Origin: Candidatus Latescibacterota bacterium | GTDB taxonomy: Bacteria > Latescibacterota > UBA2968 > UBA8231 | Assembly: GCA_965208105.1 (NCBI GenBank) | Contig: OZ242318.1 | Coordinates: 160,001-224,000 of the forward strand | Direction of reading: 5' to 3' | DNA length: 64,000 bases | Part shown: positions 49,372 through 58,290 of the stretch, in pieces | How positions within the stretch are numbered: the stretch's first letter is position 1 | How the letters are laid out: each line of letters opens with the position of its first letter | Notes under the pieces: generated by a model | What the model was told of the DNA's origin: nothing | The model's input: the letters and a program-made list of their open reading frames with translations, nothing else | Database searches by the model: none | Position numbers and translations under genes: made by a program

Positions 49372-50811
49372 ATGGGCTTGAGGACAGCAACGGAATACAA
49401 GGAAGGCCTGCGCGACGGCCGCGTGGTTTACTCCCGGGGAGAGCAGGTGGAGGACGTGACCACCCATCCCGATCTGGGCATCGCGGTCGAGCACGCCGCG
49501 CTCGACTTCCACCTGGCCGAGGAACCCGCCCACCGATCCTTGATGACCTGGGAGGAAGAAGACGGAGGCGAGCTGTGCAGCCGCTACTTCAAGACCCCGA
49601 AAAATCCCGCGGACCTGCTCGACCGCCGGGAGATGATCGAGCGCTCGACCCGAGCCGGGGGCGGAGTGGTGCTGCTTATCAAGGAAATCGGCAGCGACGC
49701 CCTGTTCGCCCTGGATCTGATCAGTCACCGGATGGACCGCGAACTCGGCAGCGACTACAACTCCCGGGTCAAAGCCTATGGCCGCATGTGCAGGGAGCGG
49801 GACCTGAGCATGGCGGTCGCACAGACCGACGCCAAGGGCGACCGCAGCCTTTCTCCCTCGCAGCAGGAGCACCCGGACTACTACGTCCACATCGCCGCGG
49901 AGCGCCCGGACGGCATCGTGGTGCGCGGGGCCAAGGCGCACACCACCTGCGCCCCCTACGTCGACGAGTTGATCGTCCTGCCCACCCGCGCCGTAAAGGA
50001 GGAGGACGCTCCATGCGCGGTGGCCTTCGCCGTGCCGGTGAACAGTCCCGGAGTCAAGCTGATCGCCAGCCCGTTCGGATCGCCCCCCGCCAGCGCCTTT
50101 CACCACCCGGTGAGCTCGAAGCACCGCATGATCGATACGCTGACCGTCTTCGACGATGTATTCGTGCCCAGGGAGCGCGTCTTCCTGCAGGGGGAGTGGC
50201 CCTTCGCGGGACTGCTGGCCAACACCTTCGTGGAATTCCATCGCTTTACCGCGGTCTCCTACAAGCCTCCCCTTTGCGATTTGTTCATCGGCGCCGCATC
50301 GCTTCTGGCCGAATACAACGGCATCGACCGCGCCAGTCACGTGCGCGAGAAGCTCACGCAGCTGATCGCCTACTGCGAGACCGTGCGCGGGTTGAGCCTG
50401 GCCGCGGCGCACCAGTGCCGGGTCGCGGAGCCGGGAGTGGCCGTTCCCCATACCATTCTCACCAACCTGGCCAAGTACCACTTCGCCAGCAACTATCACC
50501 AGGCCGTAAGCCTGGTCCAGGACATCGCCGGCGGGCTTGTGGTGACCGGTCCCGCCGAGGAGGACTTGCAGAATCCGCAGACCCGGCCCTATATCGAGCG
50601 CTTTCTAGGGGGTAAAAAGGGGGTCGAAACAACCGACCGGCTCAAGGCCTTCAACCTGGTCAGGGACCTGACCGCCTCGGCCTTCGGCGGCTACAACGAG
50701 CTTCTGGCCATCCACGCCGAAGGGTCACTGGAGACCCAGAAGATCACCATCTTCAGGGACTACGACATCGAGCGCTGCAAGCAACTGGCCAGGGAGGCCA
50801 TCGGCCTTTAG
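49372..50811 (+). CDS. 4-hydroxyphenylacetate 3-hydroxylase / 4-hydroxybutyryl-CoA dehydratase family protein
   Basis: YKEGLRDGR, AQTDAKGDRS, GIVVRGAKAH, FDDVFVP and DIAGG motifs. Confidence 0.85.
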   Translation: MGLRTATEYKEGLRDGRVVYSRGEQVEDVTTHPDLGIAVEHAALDFHLAEEPAHRSLMTWEEEDGGELCSRYFKTPKNPADLLDRREMIERSTRAGGGVVLLIKEIGSDALFALDLISHRMDRELGSDYNSRVKAYGRMCRERDLSMAVAQTDAKGDRSLSPSQQEHPDYYVHIAAERPDGIVVRGAKAHTTCAPYVDELIVLPTRAVKEEDAPCAVAFAVPVNSPGVKLIASPFGSPPASAFHHPVSSKHRMIDTLTVFDDVFVPRERVFLQGEWPFAGLLANTFVEFHRFTAVSYKPPLCDLFIGAASLLAEYNGIDRASHVREKLTQLIAYCETVRGLSLAAAHQCRVAEPGVAVPHTILTNLAKYHFASNYHQAVSLVQDIAGGLVVTGPAEEDLQNPQTRPYIERFLGGKKGVETTDRLKAFNLVRDLTASAFGGYNELLAIHAEGSLETQKITIFRDYDIERCKQLAREAIGL

Positions 50812-50935
50812 CAGCCCGATGATAAAGGTGCTCTGCAGGCGAGGCGAATCGAGGGGATTCGAGGAGGGAGCGCAACGCCGTATTCGACCGCCAGGGCCGG
50901 CCGCAGCCCGGATGGACTATTTCAACGGGCTGTTA
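50809..50935. mobile_element. MITE-like element, family B
   Basis: Imperfect TIR: TAGCAGCCCGATGATAAAG versus the reverse complement of the right end, TAACAGCCCGTTGAAATAG. Fills the whole gap between two convergent genes; single copy in the window. Confidence 0.6.
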
Positions 50936-51700
50936 AATGCAGGTCCAGCCCCCGTCCACGAAGAGGGTGGACCCGGTTACGTAGCTGGCGGCTTCCGAGG
51001 CCAGGAAGACCACCGCCCAGGCCACTTCGTGGGGCTGGCCGAAGCGGCCCAGGGGTGTGCGGTCGACTACCTGCTTGCGCAGCAGCTCATTGCCGTGAAC
51101 CCCGGCGGTCATGGCGGTTTCGATGTAGGCGGGGGCCACGGCGTTCAGGCGCACTCCGAAGGGAGCCCACTCCACCGCCAGATCGCGGGTCAGCTGGCCG
51201 AGGGCGGCCTTGCCGGCGGAGTAAGGGGCAAGGCGGGGCAGGGCGCGCACCGCGCCGACCGAGGTGATATTGACGATGGACCCCCTGCGTCTTTGCACCA
51301 TTGCGCCGCCGATTTTGCGGAGAAGGCGGACGGCGGCGTTGAGATTGACCGCGAGGACCAGCTCCCACTCCTCCTTCTCGACTGCGGAGACGTTCTTGTA
51401 GATGGGGCTGATCGCCGCGTTGTTCACCAGGATGTCCAGTGGTTCGTCCCGCCGGGAAAGGTCCTCGAGAAGGCCGGCGGTGTCGTCGGGATCGCCTATA
51501 TCGCAGCGAAGGCCCCGGGCCTTGCCCCCCCGCGTGGCGATCGCCTCCACCACTTCCTCCAACTGCTCCTCGGTGCGGCTGGCCACCACCACTTCCGCGC
51601 CGGCCCGGGCAAGGGCCAGGGCGCAGGCGCGGCCGATGCCGCGGCCTCCCCCGGTTACGAGGGCGCGTTTGCCGCCGAGATCGAACGGGGTTGAATCCAT
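50933..51700 (-). CDS. Short-chain dehydrogenase/reductase
   Basis: TGGGRGIG, NNAA, YSAGK and VDGG motifs. Confidence 0.93.
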   Translation of the reverse strand: MDSTPFDLGGKRALVTGGGRGIGRACALALARAGAEVVVASRTEEQLEEVVEAIATRGGKARGLRCDIGDPDDTAGLLEDLSRRDEPLDILVNNAAISPIYKNVSAVEKEEWELVLAVNLNAAVRLLRKIGGAMVQRRRGSIVNITSVGAVRALPRLAPYSAGKAALGQLTRDLAVEWAPFGVRLNAVAPAYIETAMTAGVHGNELLRKQVVDRTPLGRFGQPHEVAWAVVFLASEAASYVTGSTLFVDGGWTCI

Positions 51701-51800
51701 AATGGGCCCTCCTTGAAATTCAGATTGCCGGCTGATCCGATTCCGGGTGCTGCTGATCCCCTGCGGCGCCGGGATCGCCTGCGCGGCGCATTCTAGCGCC

Positions 51801-51950
51801 CGGAAATTGCGGGAATTGCGGCGAAATAACGAAAAAAGGTTGAAAACTGTGAAAAAAGTACCGAAAAATCGAAAAAAGTGCTAAAAATGGTTGAATTATA
51901 AAGTTACATCATTTAGTTTTTATCCCCCTTTCATCCCCGGTTCATCCCCG
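51801..51950. repeat. Phased A-tract array followed by three 11-bp-spaced T(C/T)ATCCCC repeats
   Basis: A-runs every ~10 bp from 51804 to 51894; TTATCCCC at 51920, TCATCCCC at 51931 and 51942. Confidence 0.7.
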
Positions 51951-52159
51951 AACCTCCCGAACATCATCTCCCTAAAGCTATGTCGATTTAATTGGCATGC
52001 CCACGGCGCCGTGAATCGACTTGGTTAGACCTTCCCGTCCCGGCGGGAACGGCGCAGTTGCGTGTGTTTCGGAGAGTAATGGAATATGAATAATCGCCAA
52101 GGCCGTGAGTTTTCCCCTTCTTCCAGGCTGAGCGAGAACCAAGAGGAGGGCAGCAGGTT

Positions 52160-53005
52160 ATGACCGCGTTGCAGACCGATTCCCTGGTCGATCAGTACTT
52201 CCACGAAATCGAGGGATCGGTAGGACTCTCGTCCGAGGACGAGGTTCAGATAGCCAAGCAGATTCAGAAGGGGGATCATCGGGCGCTGTCCGATCTGGTC
52301 CGCGCCAATCTTCGCTTCGTCGTCAGCGTCGCCAAGCAGTATCAGAATCTGGGTTTGCCCCTTTCAGACCTGATCAATGAAGGCAACCTCGGGTTGATCA
52401 TCGCCGCGAAACGCTTCGACGGAACCAAGGGGTTCAAGTTCATTTCCTATGCGGTGTGGTGGATCCGCCAGTCCATACTACAGGCCCTGGCGGAACAATC
52501 CCGGATCGTGCGCCTCCCGCTCAACCGCATCGGAGAGCTGACCAGGGTGAACAAGGTACTCAACAAGTTGGAGCAGAGGCTGGGAAGGCCGCCCGAGGTG
52601 GAGGAGATCGCCACCGAGCTGGACCTGCAGGCCGGCGACATGGACCTGCTCTTGCGCCTGGCCCAGCGCCCGGTTTCGCTGGAGACGCCCTGCGACGACA
52701 GTGAGCCGGACCGTTGCCTGGGAGACCTCATCCCCGACGAGAGCAGGCCGTCCAGCGACGACGTGATCTCCGAGGACGAGCTGAAAGCCGAGATAAAGCG
52801 CGCCATGCACGCCCTCACCGAGGGCGAGGCCTGGATTCTGCGCATGTACTACGGGCTGGACGGGCACCAGGCCATGACCCTCGAGGAAATAGGCGTATAC
52901 GTGGGTCGGACCCGCGAGAGGGTGAGGCAGATCAAGGAGAAGGCCCTGCAGAAGCTGAGACACCCGGCGCGCAGCGAATCTCTCAAGGAACACTACGCCG
53001 ATTGA
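52160..53005 (+). CDS. RNA polymerase sigma factor, RpoD/SigA family (no region 1.1)
   Basis: ANLRFVVSVAKQY, DLINEGNLGL, KFISYAVWWIRQ and TRERVRQI motifs. Confidence 0.93.
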   Translation: MTALQTDSLVDQYFHEIEGSVGLSSEDEVQIAKQIQKGDHRALSDLVRANLRFVVSVAKQYQNLGLPLSDLINEGNLGLIIAAKRFDGTKGFKFISYAVWWIRQSILQALAEQSRIVRLPLNRIGELTRVNKVLNKLEQRLGRPPEVEEIATELDLQAGDMDLLLRLAQRPVSLETPCDDSEPDRCLGDLIPDESRPSSDDVISEDELKAEIKRAMHALTEGEAWILRMYYGLDGHQAMTLEEIGVYVGRTRERVRQIKEKALQKLRHPARSESLKEHYAD

Positions 53006-53015
53006 GCCGGAGGAG

Positions 53016-53057
53016 GCGCCCCGGCGTCTTGACATTTGCCGCCGGGGCGTCTATTTT
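53016..53057 (+). promoter_or_regulatory. Overlapping terminator hairpin and tRNA promoter
   Basis: Stem GCGCCCCGGCG/CGCCGGGGCGT followed by CTATTTT; TTGACA (53029)-17bp-TATTTT (53052). Confidence 0.6.
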
Positions 53058-53086
53058 GGTTTGCTTGCGAGCGAAGGTGAGTTTCT

Positions 53087-53162
53087 TCCGGCGTAGCTCA
53101 GTTGGCAGAGCGGGTGGCTGTTAACCACCATGTCGTAGGTTCGAGCCCTACCGCCGGAGCCA
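53087..53162 (+). tRNA. tRNA-Asn (GTT)
   Basis: Acceptor stem TCCGGCG/CGCCGGA, D-arm AGCTCAGTTGGCAGAGC, anticodon arm GGTGG-CTGTTAA-CCACC, GGTTCGAG T-loop, encoded CCA. Confidence 0.97.
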
Positions 53163-53300
53163 GTTTCTCGACCGCCGATACAGGCGGCTCGACAGTTTTC
53201 ACGAGACCCCGCGGGGGAGACCCCGGCGGGGTCTTGTCGTGTGCGGCGGTTGAGCAAATCCGCCTGATGCAGTAGTTTATTTGGTCAAAGGAGACCTCCC

Positions 53301-55076
53301 ATGCGCATGAGCCAGCTGTTCAGCCGCACCCTGCGCGAAAGTTCGGCGGACGCCGAGGTGGCGAGCCACCAGTTGCTGTTGCGCGCCGGCTTCATCCGCC
53401 AGCTGGCCAGCGGCATTTTCAGCTATCTGCCCCTGGCGCAGCGGTCGCTGAACAAGGTGGAGAACATCGTCCGCGCCGAGATGAACGCCATCGGCGGCCA
53501 GGAGATCACCATGCCCGTGGTTCACCCTGCCGATATCTGGAAGGAGACCGGGCGCTGGTACCAGGTGGGCGCGGAAATGGGGCGGTTCAAGGACAGGGCC
53601 GAGCGCGAAATGGTCCTCGCCTTGACCCACGAGGAGGTGGTGGGCGACCTGGTGCGCCGGGAGATCAGGTCCTACCGCCAGTTGCCGCGGCTGATTTACC
53701 ACATCCAGACCAAGTGGCGCGACGATCCGCGCCCGCGCGCCGGGCTCATCCGGGTGCGCGAGTTCACCATGAAGGACAGCTACAGCCTCGACGCCGACTG
53801 GGAGGGGCTCGAGGCCCAGTACCGGGCCCACTACCAGGCCTACTTCAACATTTTCAACCGCTGCGGCCTTCCCACCATAGCGGTCAGGTCCGACGTGGGC
53901 ATGATGGGGGGCAGCGCCGCCCACGAGTTCATCTACCTCACACCTGTCGGGGAGGACAGCCTGACCTTGTGCCCGGCCTGCGGTTATTCGGCCAACCGCC
54001 AGATCGCCCATTTCAGGAAGCCTCAGGTCGCCGAGGAGGAGATGGGCGCATTGGAGAAGGTCTCCACTCCGAGCGTTTCCACCATCGAAAGGCTGTCCGA
54101 GTTTCTCGATGTGCCCAAAAGCAGAACCGCCAAGGCGGTCTTCGCGGTCGCCACGGTTCTCGAAGGTCTCGAGGAGGCCGAAAAGTTCGTCATCGCGATT
54201 GTCAGGGGCGACATGGAAGTCAATGAGACCAAGTTGAACAACGCTCTGCAGGCCAAAGGAATACGTCCGGCACATGAGGATGAGATCAAGGCCGGAGGGG
54301 CGGTCCCCGGATACGGTTCCGCCCTGGGGGTAAGCGGGGCGCTGGTGGTGGTGGACGATGCCATCCCCGTCTCTCCGAACCTGGTGGCCGGCGCCAACGA
54401 GGAGGGCTTCCACCTCAAGAACGTCAACTACGGGCGCGACTACAAGGCTGACCTGGTCTGCGACATTGCCGCCGCACAGGAGGGCGATCCCTGTCCCGAG
54501 TGCGGCGAGCCGATGGATTTGTCGCGCGGTGTGGAGGTGGGAAATATCTTCCAGCTGGGTACGCGCTACAGCGATTCCCTCGGCTGCGTCTTCCTCGATG
54601 CCGACGGCGTCGCCAAGCCCGTGGTCATGGGTTCATACGGGATAGGCATGGGCCGGCTCCTGGCCTGCATCGCAGAAGAGCACCACGACGAGCAGGGATT
54701 GGTCTGGCCCCTGTCGGTGGCCCCCTTCCAGGTCCACATCGTGTCCTTGGCCAAGGACGGGGGGACGGTGGCCGAGGCGAGCGCCGAGCTCTACCGGCAG
54801 TTCGCCGAGGCCGGCATCGAAGCCATTCTCGACGACCGCCCCGAGAACGCCGGGGTCAAGTTCAACGACGCGGACCTGATCGGAGTCCCGGTGCGTCTGA
54901 CCGTCGGCCAGCGCTCGCTGAAGCAGGGCAGGGTGGAGATGAAGCTGCGCCGCGGGGAGGACCGCGTCGAGGTGGCCCTGGAGGAGGTCGTTTCGAGGGT
55001 CAGATCCGAGCTGGACGACCTTCAGGGGGAGCTGGACGCCGGCGTGGTGGAGGTCGAGTACGGAAACGGCGAGTAG
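53301..55076 (+). CDS. proS: Proline--tRNA ligase (bacterial type with editing domain)
   Basis: SHQLLLRAGFI, THEE, PRAGLIRVREFTMKD, GANEEG, EVGNIFQLG and MGSYGIG motifs. Confidence 0.96.
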   Translation: MRMSQLFSRTLRESSADAEVASHQLLLRAGFIRQLASGIFSYLPLAQRSLNKVENIVRAEMNAIGGQEITMPVVHPADIWKETGRWYQVGAEMGRFKDRAEREMVLALTHEEVVGDLVRREIRSYRQLPRLIYHIQTKWRDDPRPRAGLIRVREFTMKDSYSLDADWEGLEAQYRAHYQAYFNIFNRCGLPTIAVRSDVGMMGGSAAHEFIYLTPVGEDSLTLCPACGYSANRQIAHFRKPQVAEEEMGALEKVSTPSVSTIERLSEFLDVPKSRTAKAVFAVATVLEGLEEAEKFVIAIVRGDMEVNETKLNNALQAKGIRPAHEDEIKAGGAVPGYGSALGVSGALVVVDDAIPVSPNLVAGANEEGFHLKNVNYGRDYKADLVCDIAAAQEGDPCPECGEPMDLSRGVEVGNIFQLGTRYSDSLGCVFLDADGVAKPVVMGSYGIGMGRLLACIAEEHHDEQGLVWPLSVAPFQVHIVSLAKDGGTVAEASAELYRQFAEAGIEAILDDRPENAGVKFNDADLIGVPVRLTVGQRSLKQGRVEMKLRRGEDRVEVALEEVVSRVRSELDDLQGELDAGVVEVEYGNGE

Positions 55077-55141
55077 CGGGTCCATGCCCCGGCCGGCCGC
55101 CGGGAGGCCGGGCCTGTCCCCAAGACGAAAGGATACCGACG

Positions 55142-56221
55142 GTGAAGTTAGGTACCTTCATGATGCCCCTGCATCCACCAGAGAAATCGCGCACCGAGTG
55201 CTTCGAGGAGGACATCGAGTTCGTGGTCCGCGCCGACGAGCTCGGATTCAGCGAAGCCTGGATCGGACAGCACCACACCGTTGCCTGGGAGCCCATACCC
55301 GCCAACGACGTGTTCATCTCCAACGTGCTGCCGCGCACCACCAACATCCGCCTGGGACCCGGGGTGTCCATCGTGCCCCAGCATCATCCCGCCAACATCG
55401 CCGTGCGCATGGCCTACCTGGACCACCTCTCCCGCGGGCGCCTGAACTGCGGCTTCGGACAGGGAGGGGTAACCACCGACTGGGGCCTGTTCGAGCTTCC
55501 CGACCCGCGGACGCAGGGGTTGATGACCCTGGAGGGGATCGACATGATCCTCAAGCTGTGGCAGACCGATCCCCCCTTCGAGTTCAAGGGAGATTTCTGG
55601 AACATCAAGCTCGAGACCCCCGATCCGGAGCGCGGAATCGGCACCCTGCTCAGGCCCTACCAGCAGCCCCACCCTCCCATTGCCATGAGCATGGTGAAGG
55701 AATATTCCATGGCGGCGCGCACCGCCGGACAGCGCGGCTACATCCCCATGAGCACCAATCTGCTGCGCAGCAGCAAGCTCGCGCCCCAGTGGCAGACCTA
55801 CTGCCAGGGCGCGGAGGAGGCGGGACTGCCTCCTCCCGACCGCTCCACCTGGCGCATCTCGCGCTCCATCTTCATCGGCGAGACCAGCGCGGAGGCGCGC
55901 AAATACGCCCTCGACAGCGCCTTTTCGCGCGCCTACGACTACATGGTCCAGATGCTCAAGGCGGGACAGGTCCTCGACATAGCCAAGAACGACCCGGAGA
56001 TGCCCGACGCCGCGGTGACCCCCGAGTTCATCGTCGAATCCGGCCTGGCCATCGTCGGCGACGCCGACGAGTGCACCCGCCAGCTCCGGGAGCTGTGGGA
56101 GGAGACCGGCGGCTTCGGCACCCTCCTCCTGATCTCCCACGACTGGGACGACAGGGAGCAGTGGCTCCGCACCATGGAGCTGCTGGCCAAAGAGATCGTG
56201 CCTCGCCTGCCGACGGTGTGA
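55142..56221 (+). CDS. LLM-class flavin-dependent monooxygenase
   Basis: GTG start, KLGTFMMPLHP, ADELGFSEAWIGQH, LDHLSRGR and ELLAKEIVP. Confidence 0.88.
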   Translation: MKLGTFMMPLHPPEKSRTECFEEDIEFVVRADELGFSEAWIGQHHTVAWEPIPANDVFISNVLPRTTNIRLGPGVSIVPQHHPANIAVRMAYLDHLSRGRLNCGFGQGGVTTDWGLFELPDPRTQGLMTLEGIDMILKLWQTDPPFEFKGDFWNIKLETPDPERGIGTLLRPYQQPHPPIAMSMVKEYSMAARTAGQRGYIPMSTNLLRSSKLAPQWQTYCQGAEEAGLPPPDRSTWRISRSIFIGETSAEARKYALDSAFSRAYDYMVQMLKAGQVLDIAKNDPEMPDAAVTPEFIVESGLAIVGDADECTRQLRELWEETGGFGTLLLISHDWDDREQWLRTMELLAKEIVPRLPTV

Positions 56222-56240
56222 GTTTCAGGGGAGAGGGCTG

Positions 56241-56732
56241 ATGGCATTCGATTCCGAAATGCAGCGGCGCATCATGGGCCTTTTCGCCACCGGTGTCACC
56301 GTGGTGACCACCCGCAGCGGCGAGGAGATCAACGGCATGACCGCCAACGCGGTGTTGTCCCTCTCGCTGGACCCGCCCCTGCTCCTGGTGGCGGTGGACC
56401 GACAGGGCTCCATGTACCAGTCCATGAAGGGCAGCGACTGCTTCGCGGTGAGTATTCTGACCCGGAACCAGGAGCACCTGTCGCGGCGCTTCGCCGAGGC
56501 GGGCCCCAAGGATTTCTCCGGGCTGGAGCTGAACGTGGCGGCCACCGGGGCGCCCATCCTAGCCGGCGCCCTCGCCTTTGCCGACTGCCGCCTGGTGGAG
56601 GTCCTCGTCGGCGGCGACCACGACATGTTCATCGGGGAGCTCGTCGCCGGGGAGCTGGGATCGGGAGATCCCCTCATCTTCTACGGCGGGGAGTACGCCC
56701 GCCTGGCCAGGCAGCGGGGCGGGGGTTCGTGA
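56241..56732 (+). CDS. Flavin reductase family protein
   Basis: FATGVTVVT, GMTAN, SLSLDPP and GDH motifs. Confidence 0.92.
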   Translation: MAFDSEMQRRIMGLFATGVTVVTTRSGEEINGMTANAVLSLSLDPPLLLVAVDRQGSMYQSMKGSDCFAVSILTRNQEHLSRRFAEAGPKDFSGLELNVAATGAPILAGALAFADCRLVEVLVGGDHDMFIGELVAGELGSGDPLIFYGGEYARLARQRGGGS

Positions 56733-56778
56733 CCGCCCGCGCCCGTACCCACACGAGAGAAGAAACGGAGGCTCAATC

Positions 56779-57882
56779 ATGACCAGCGCGCCTGCAGCCA
56801 TTGCCTCGACCGCGGAGGACGTCGCCGCCGGGGCCGCCCTCATCGACTGCGACGTCCACAACTACCCCGATTCCATCGACGCTCTCCTGCCCTACCTCTC
56901 GCAGCACTGGCGCTCCTATATCGCCCAGTCGGGCTTCAAGGGGCCGCCCGGGCCGCGCTACCCCAAGGGTTTCGAGTTCGCCGCCCGCCGAGACGCCTGG
57001 CCTCCCGGCGGCGGCAAGCCGGGAAGCGACCCCCAGTTCAGCCGCAGCCAGTTGCTCGATACCTGGGAGATGGACTACGCCGTTCTCAACCCCCTCTACT
57101 CCCTGTCGCTGGTGCCCAACATCGACTTCGGCAACGCCCTCGCCTCTGCTCTCAACGACTGGACCGCCGAATCCTGGCTGGATTCCGATCCGCGCTGGCG
57201 CGGCTCCATCGTCGTCAACGTGCAGGACGCCTCCGGCGCCGCCGATGAGATCCGCCGCAAGGCCGATGACCCGCGTTTCGTCCAGGTCCTGCTGCTGGTG
57301 CGCTCCCACGCCCCCTACGGGCGCCGGGAATTCCGCCCCATCTTCGCGGCGGCCTGCGAGGCGGACCTGCCCGTCGGCATCCATTTCGGCGGCAGCGGGT
57401 CCCCCATCACCCCCTGCGGATGGCCTTCCTACTACATCGAGGACCACACCGCCATGTCCCAGGCCTTCCAGGCCCAGGTGACCAGCATGGTGTGCGAAGG
57501 GGTATTCGAGGAATTTCCCCGGGCAAAGGTGGCCATAATCGAGGGGGGATTCGCCTGGCTGCCTCCCCTGATGTGGCGCCTGGACAAGAACTACAAGGGC
57601 CTGCGCCGGGAGGTGCCCTGGCTCACCCGGCTGCCCAGCGAGTACATCGTGGAGCATTTCCGCGCCACCACCCAACCCATGGAGGAGCCGGCCAACCCCA
57701 GGCACCTGATGGAAATCGTGGAGATGATCGGCTGCGACGACTTCCTCATGTTCGCCACCGACTATCCCCACTGGGACTTCGATGCTCCCGACCGCGCCCT
57801 GCCTGCGGTGGTTCCCCAAGACCTCAGGCGCCGCATCCTTGTGGACAATGCGGCGGAGTTCTATGCCTTCCAGCGTTCGTGA
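56779..57882 (+). CDS. Amidohydrolase_2-fold protein, possible dinuclear oxygenase
   Basis: IDCDVH, LPVGIH, IEGG and FATDYPHWDFD motifs; overlaps a Rieske ferredoxin gene. Confidence 0.8.
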   Translation: MTSAPAAIASTAEDVAAGAALIDCDVHNYPDSIDALLPYLSQHWRSYIAQSGFKGPPGPRYPKGFEFAARRDAWPPGGGKPGSDPQFSRSQLLDTWEMDYAVLNPLYSLSLVPNIDFGNALASALNDWTAESWLDSDPRWRGSIVVNVQDASGAADEIRRKADDPRFVQVLLLVRSHAPYGRREFRPIFAAACEADLPVGIHFGGSGSPITPCGWPSYYIEDHTAMSQAFQAQVTSMVCEGVFEEFPRAKVAIIEGGFAWLPPLMWRLDKNYKGLRREVPWLTRLPSEYIVEHFRATTQPMEEPANPRHLMEIVEMIGCDDFLMFATDYPHWDFDAPDRALPAVVPQDLRRRILVDNAAEFYAFQRS

Positions 57883-58228
57883 CCTCGGCGCCGCTTCGGT
57901 TTTCGAGGAGGGCAGGCCCTACCGCGTCGAGCTCGACGGCAAGGCCCTGGTGCTGGTGCGCCGGGGGGACCGGTTTTTCGCCCTGCGCGACACCTGCCCG
58001 CACCAGGGAGCCCGGTTGTCGGACGGCCGCGTGGGGGGGACCGCGCTCGAGTGCATGCCCGGAGACGGCATTCCCTACGGCCGCGACGGGGAGATCCTGA
58101 CCTGTCCCTGGCACGGCTGGGAGTTCGAGCTTGGCAGCGGCAAGTGCCTTGTCAATCCGCAGCGGGTGCGGGTGCGGTCCTATCGCGCCTGGGTCGAGGC
58201 GGACCGGGTGCTGGTCGACCTGGGTTAG
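57863..58228 (+). CDS. Rieske [2Fe-2S] ferredoxin
   Basis: CPHQG and CPWHG motifs. Confidence 0.9.
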   Translation: MPSSVRDLGAASVFEEGRPYRVELDGKALVLVRRGDRFFALRDTCPHQGARLSDGRVGGTALECMPGDGIPYGRDGEILTCPWHGWEFELGSGKCLVNPQRVRVRSYRAWVEADRVLVDLG

Positions 58229-58290
58229 TGTCCCGCCGCAAAAGACAGGTAGACAGAGCTGGGCGGACGGGGCACCCCACTCACCAGGCG
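58228..58290 (-). repeat. Degenerate remnant of MITE family A
   Basis: GTGTCCCGCCGCA...GACAGGTAGAC...TGGGC...CTCACCAGGCG aligns with the first ~62 bp of copy 2. Confidence 0.6.

Noticed and set aside
51800-52000. Replication origin (AT-rich region with DnaA-like boxes)
   Set aside because: The repeats differ from TTATCCACA at 2-3 positions, and no dnaA/dnaN/parAB/gidA genes are nearby.
46627-53162. Prophage or integrative element at tRNA-Asn, suggested by the excisionase-like HTH
   Set aside because: No integrase, no duplicated tRNA 3' end seen, and the flanking genes are housekeeping or metabolic.
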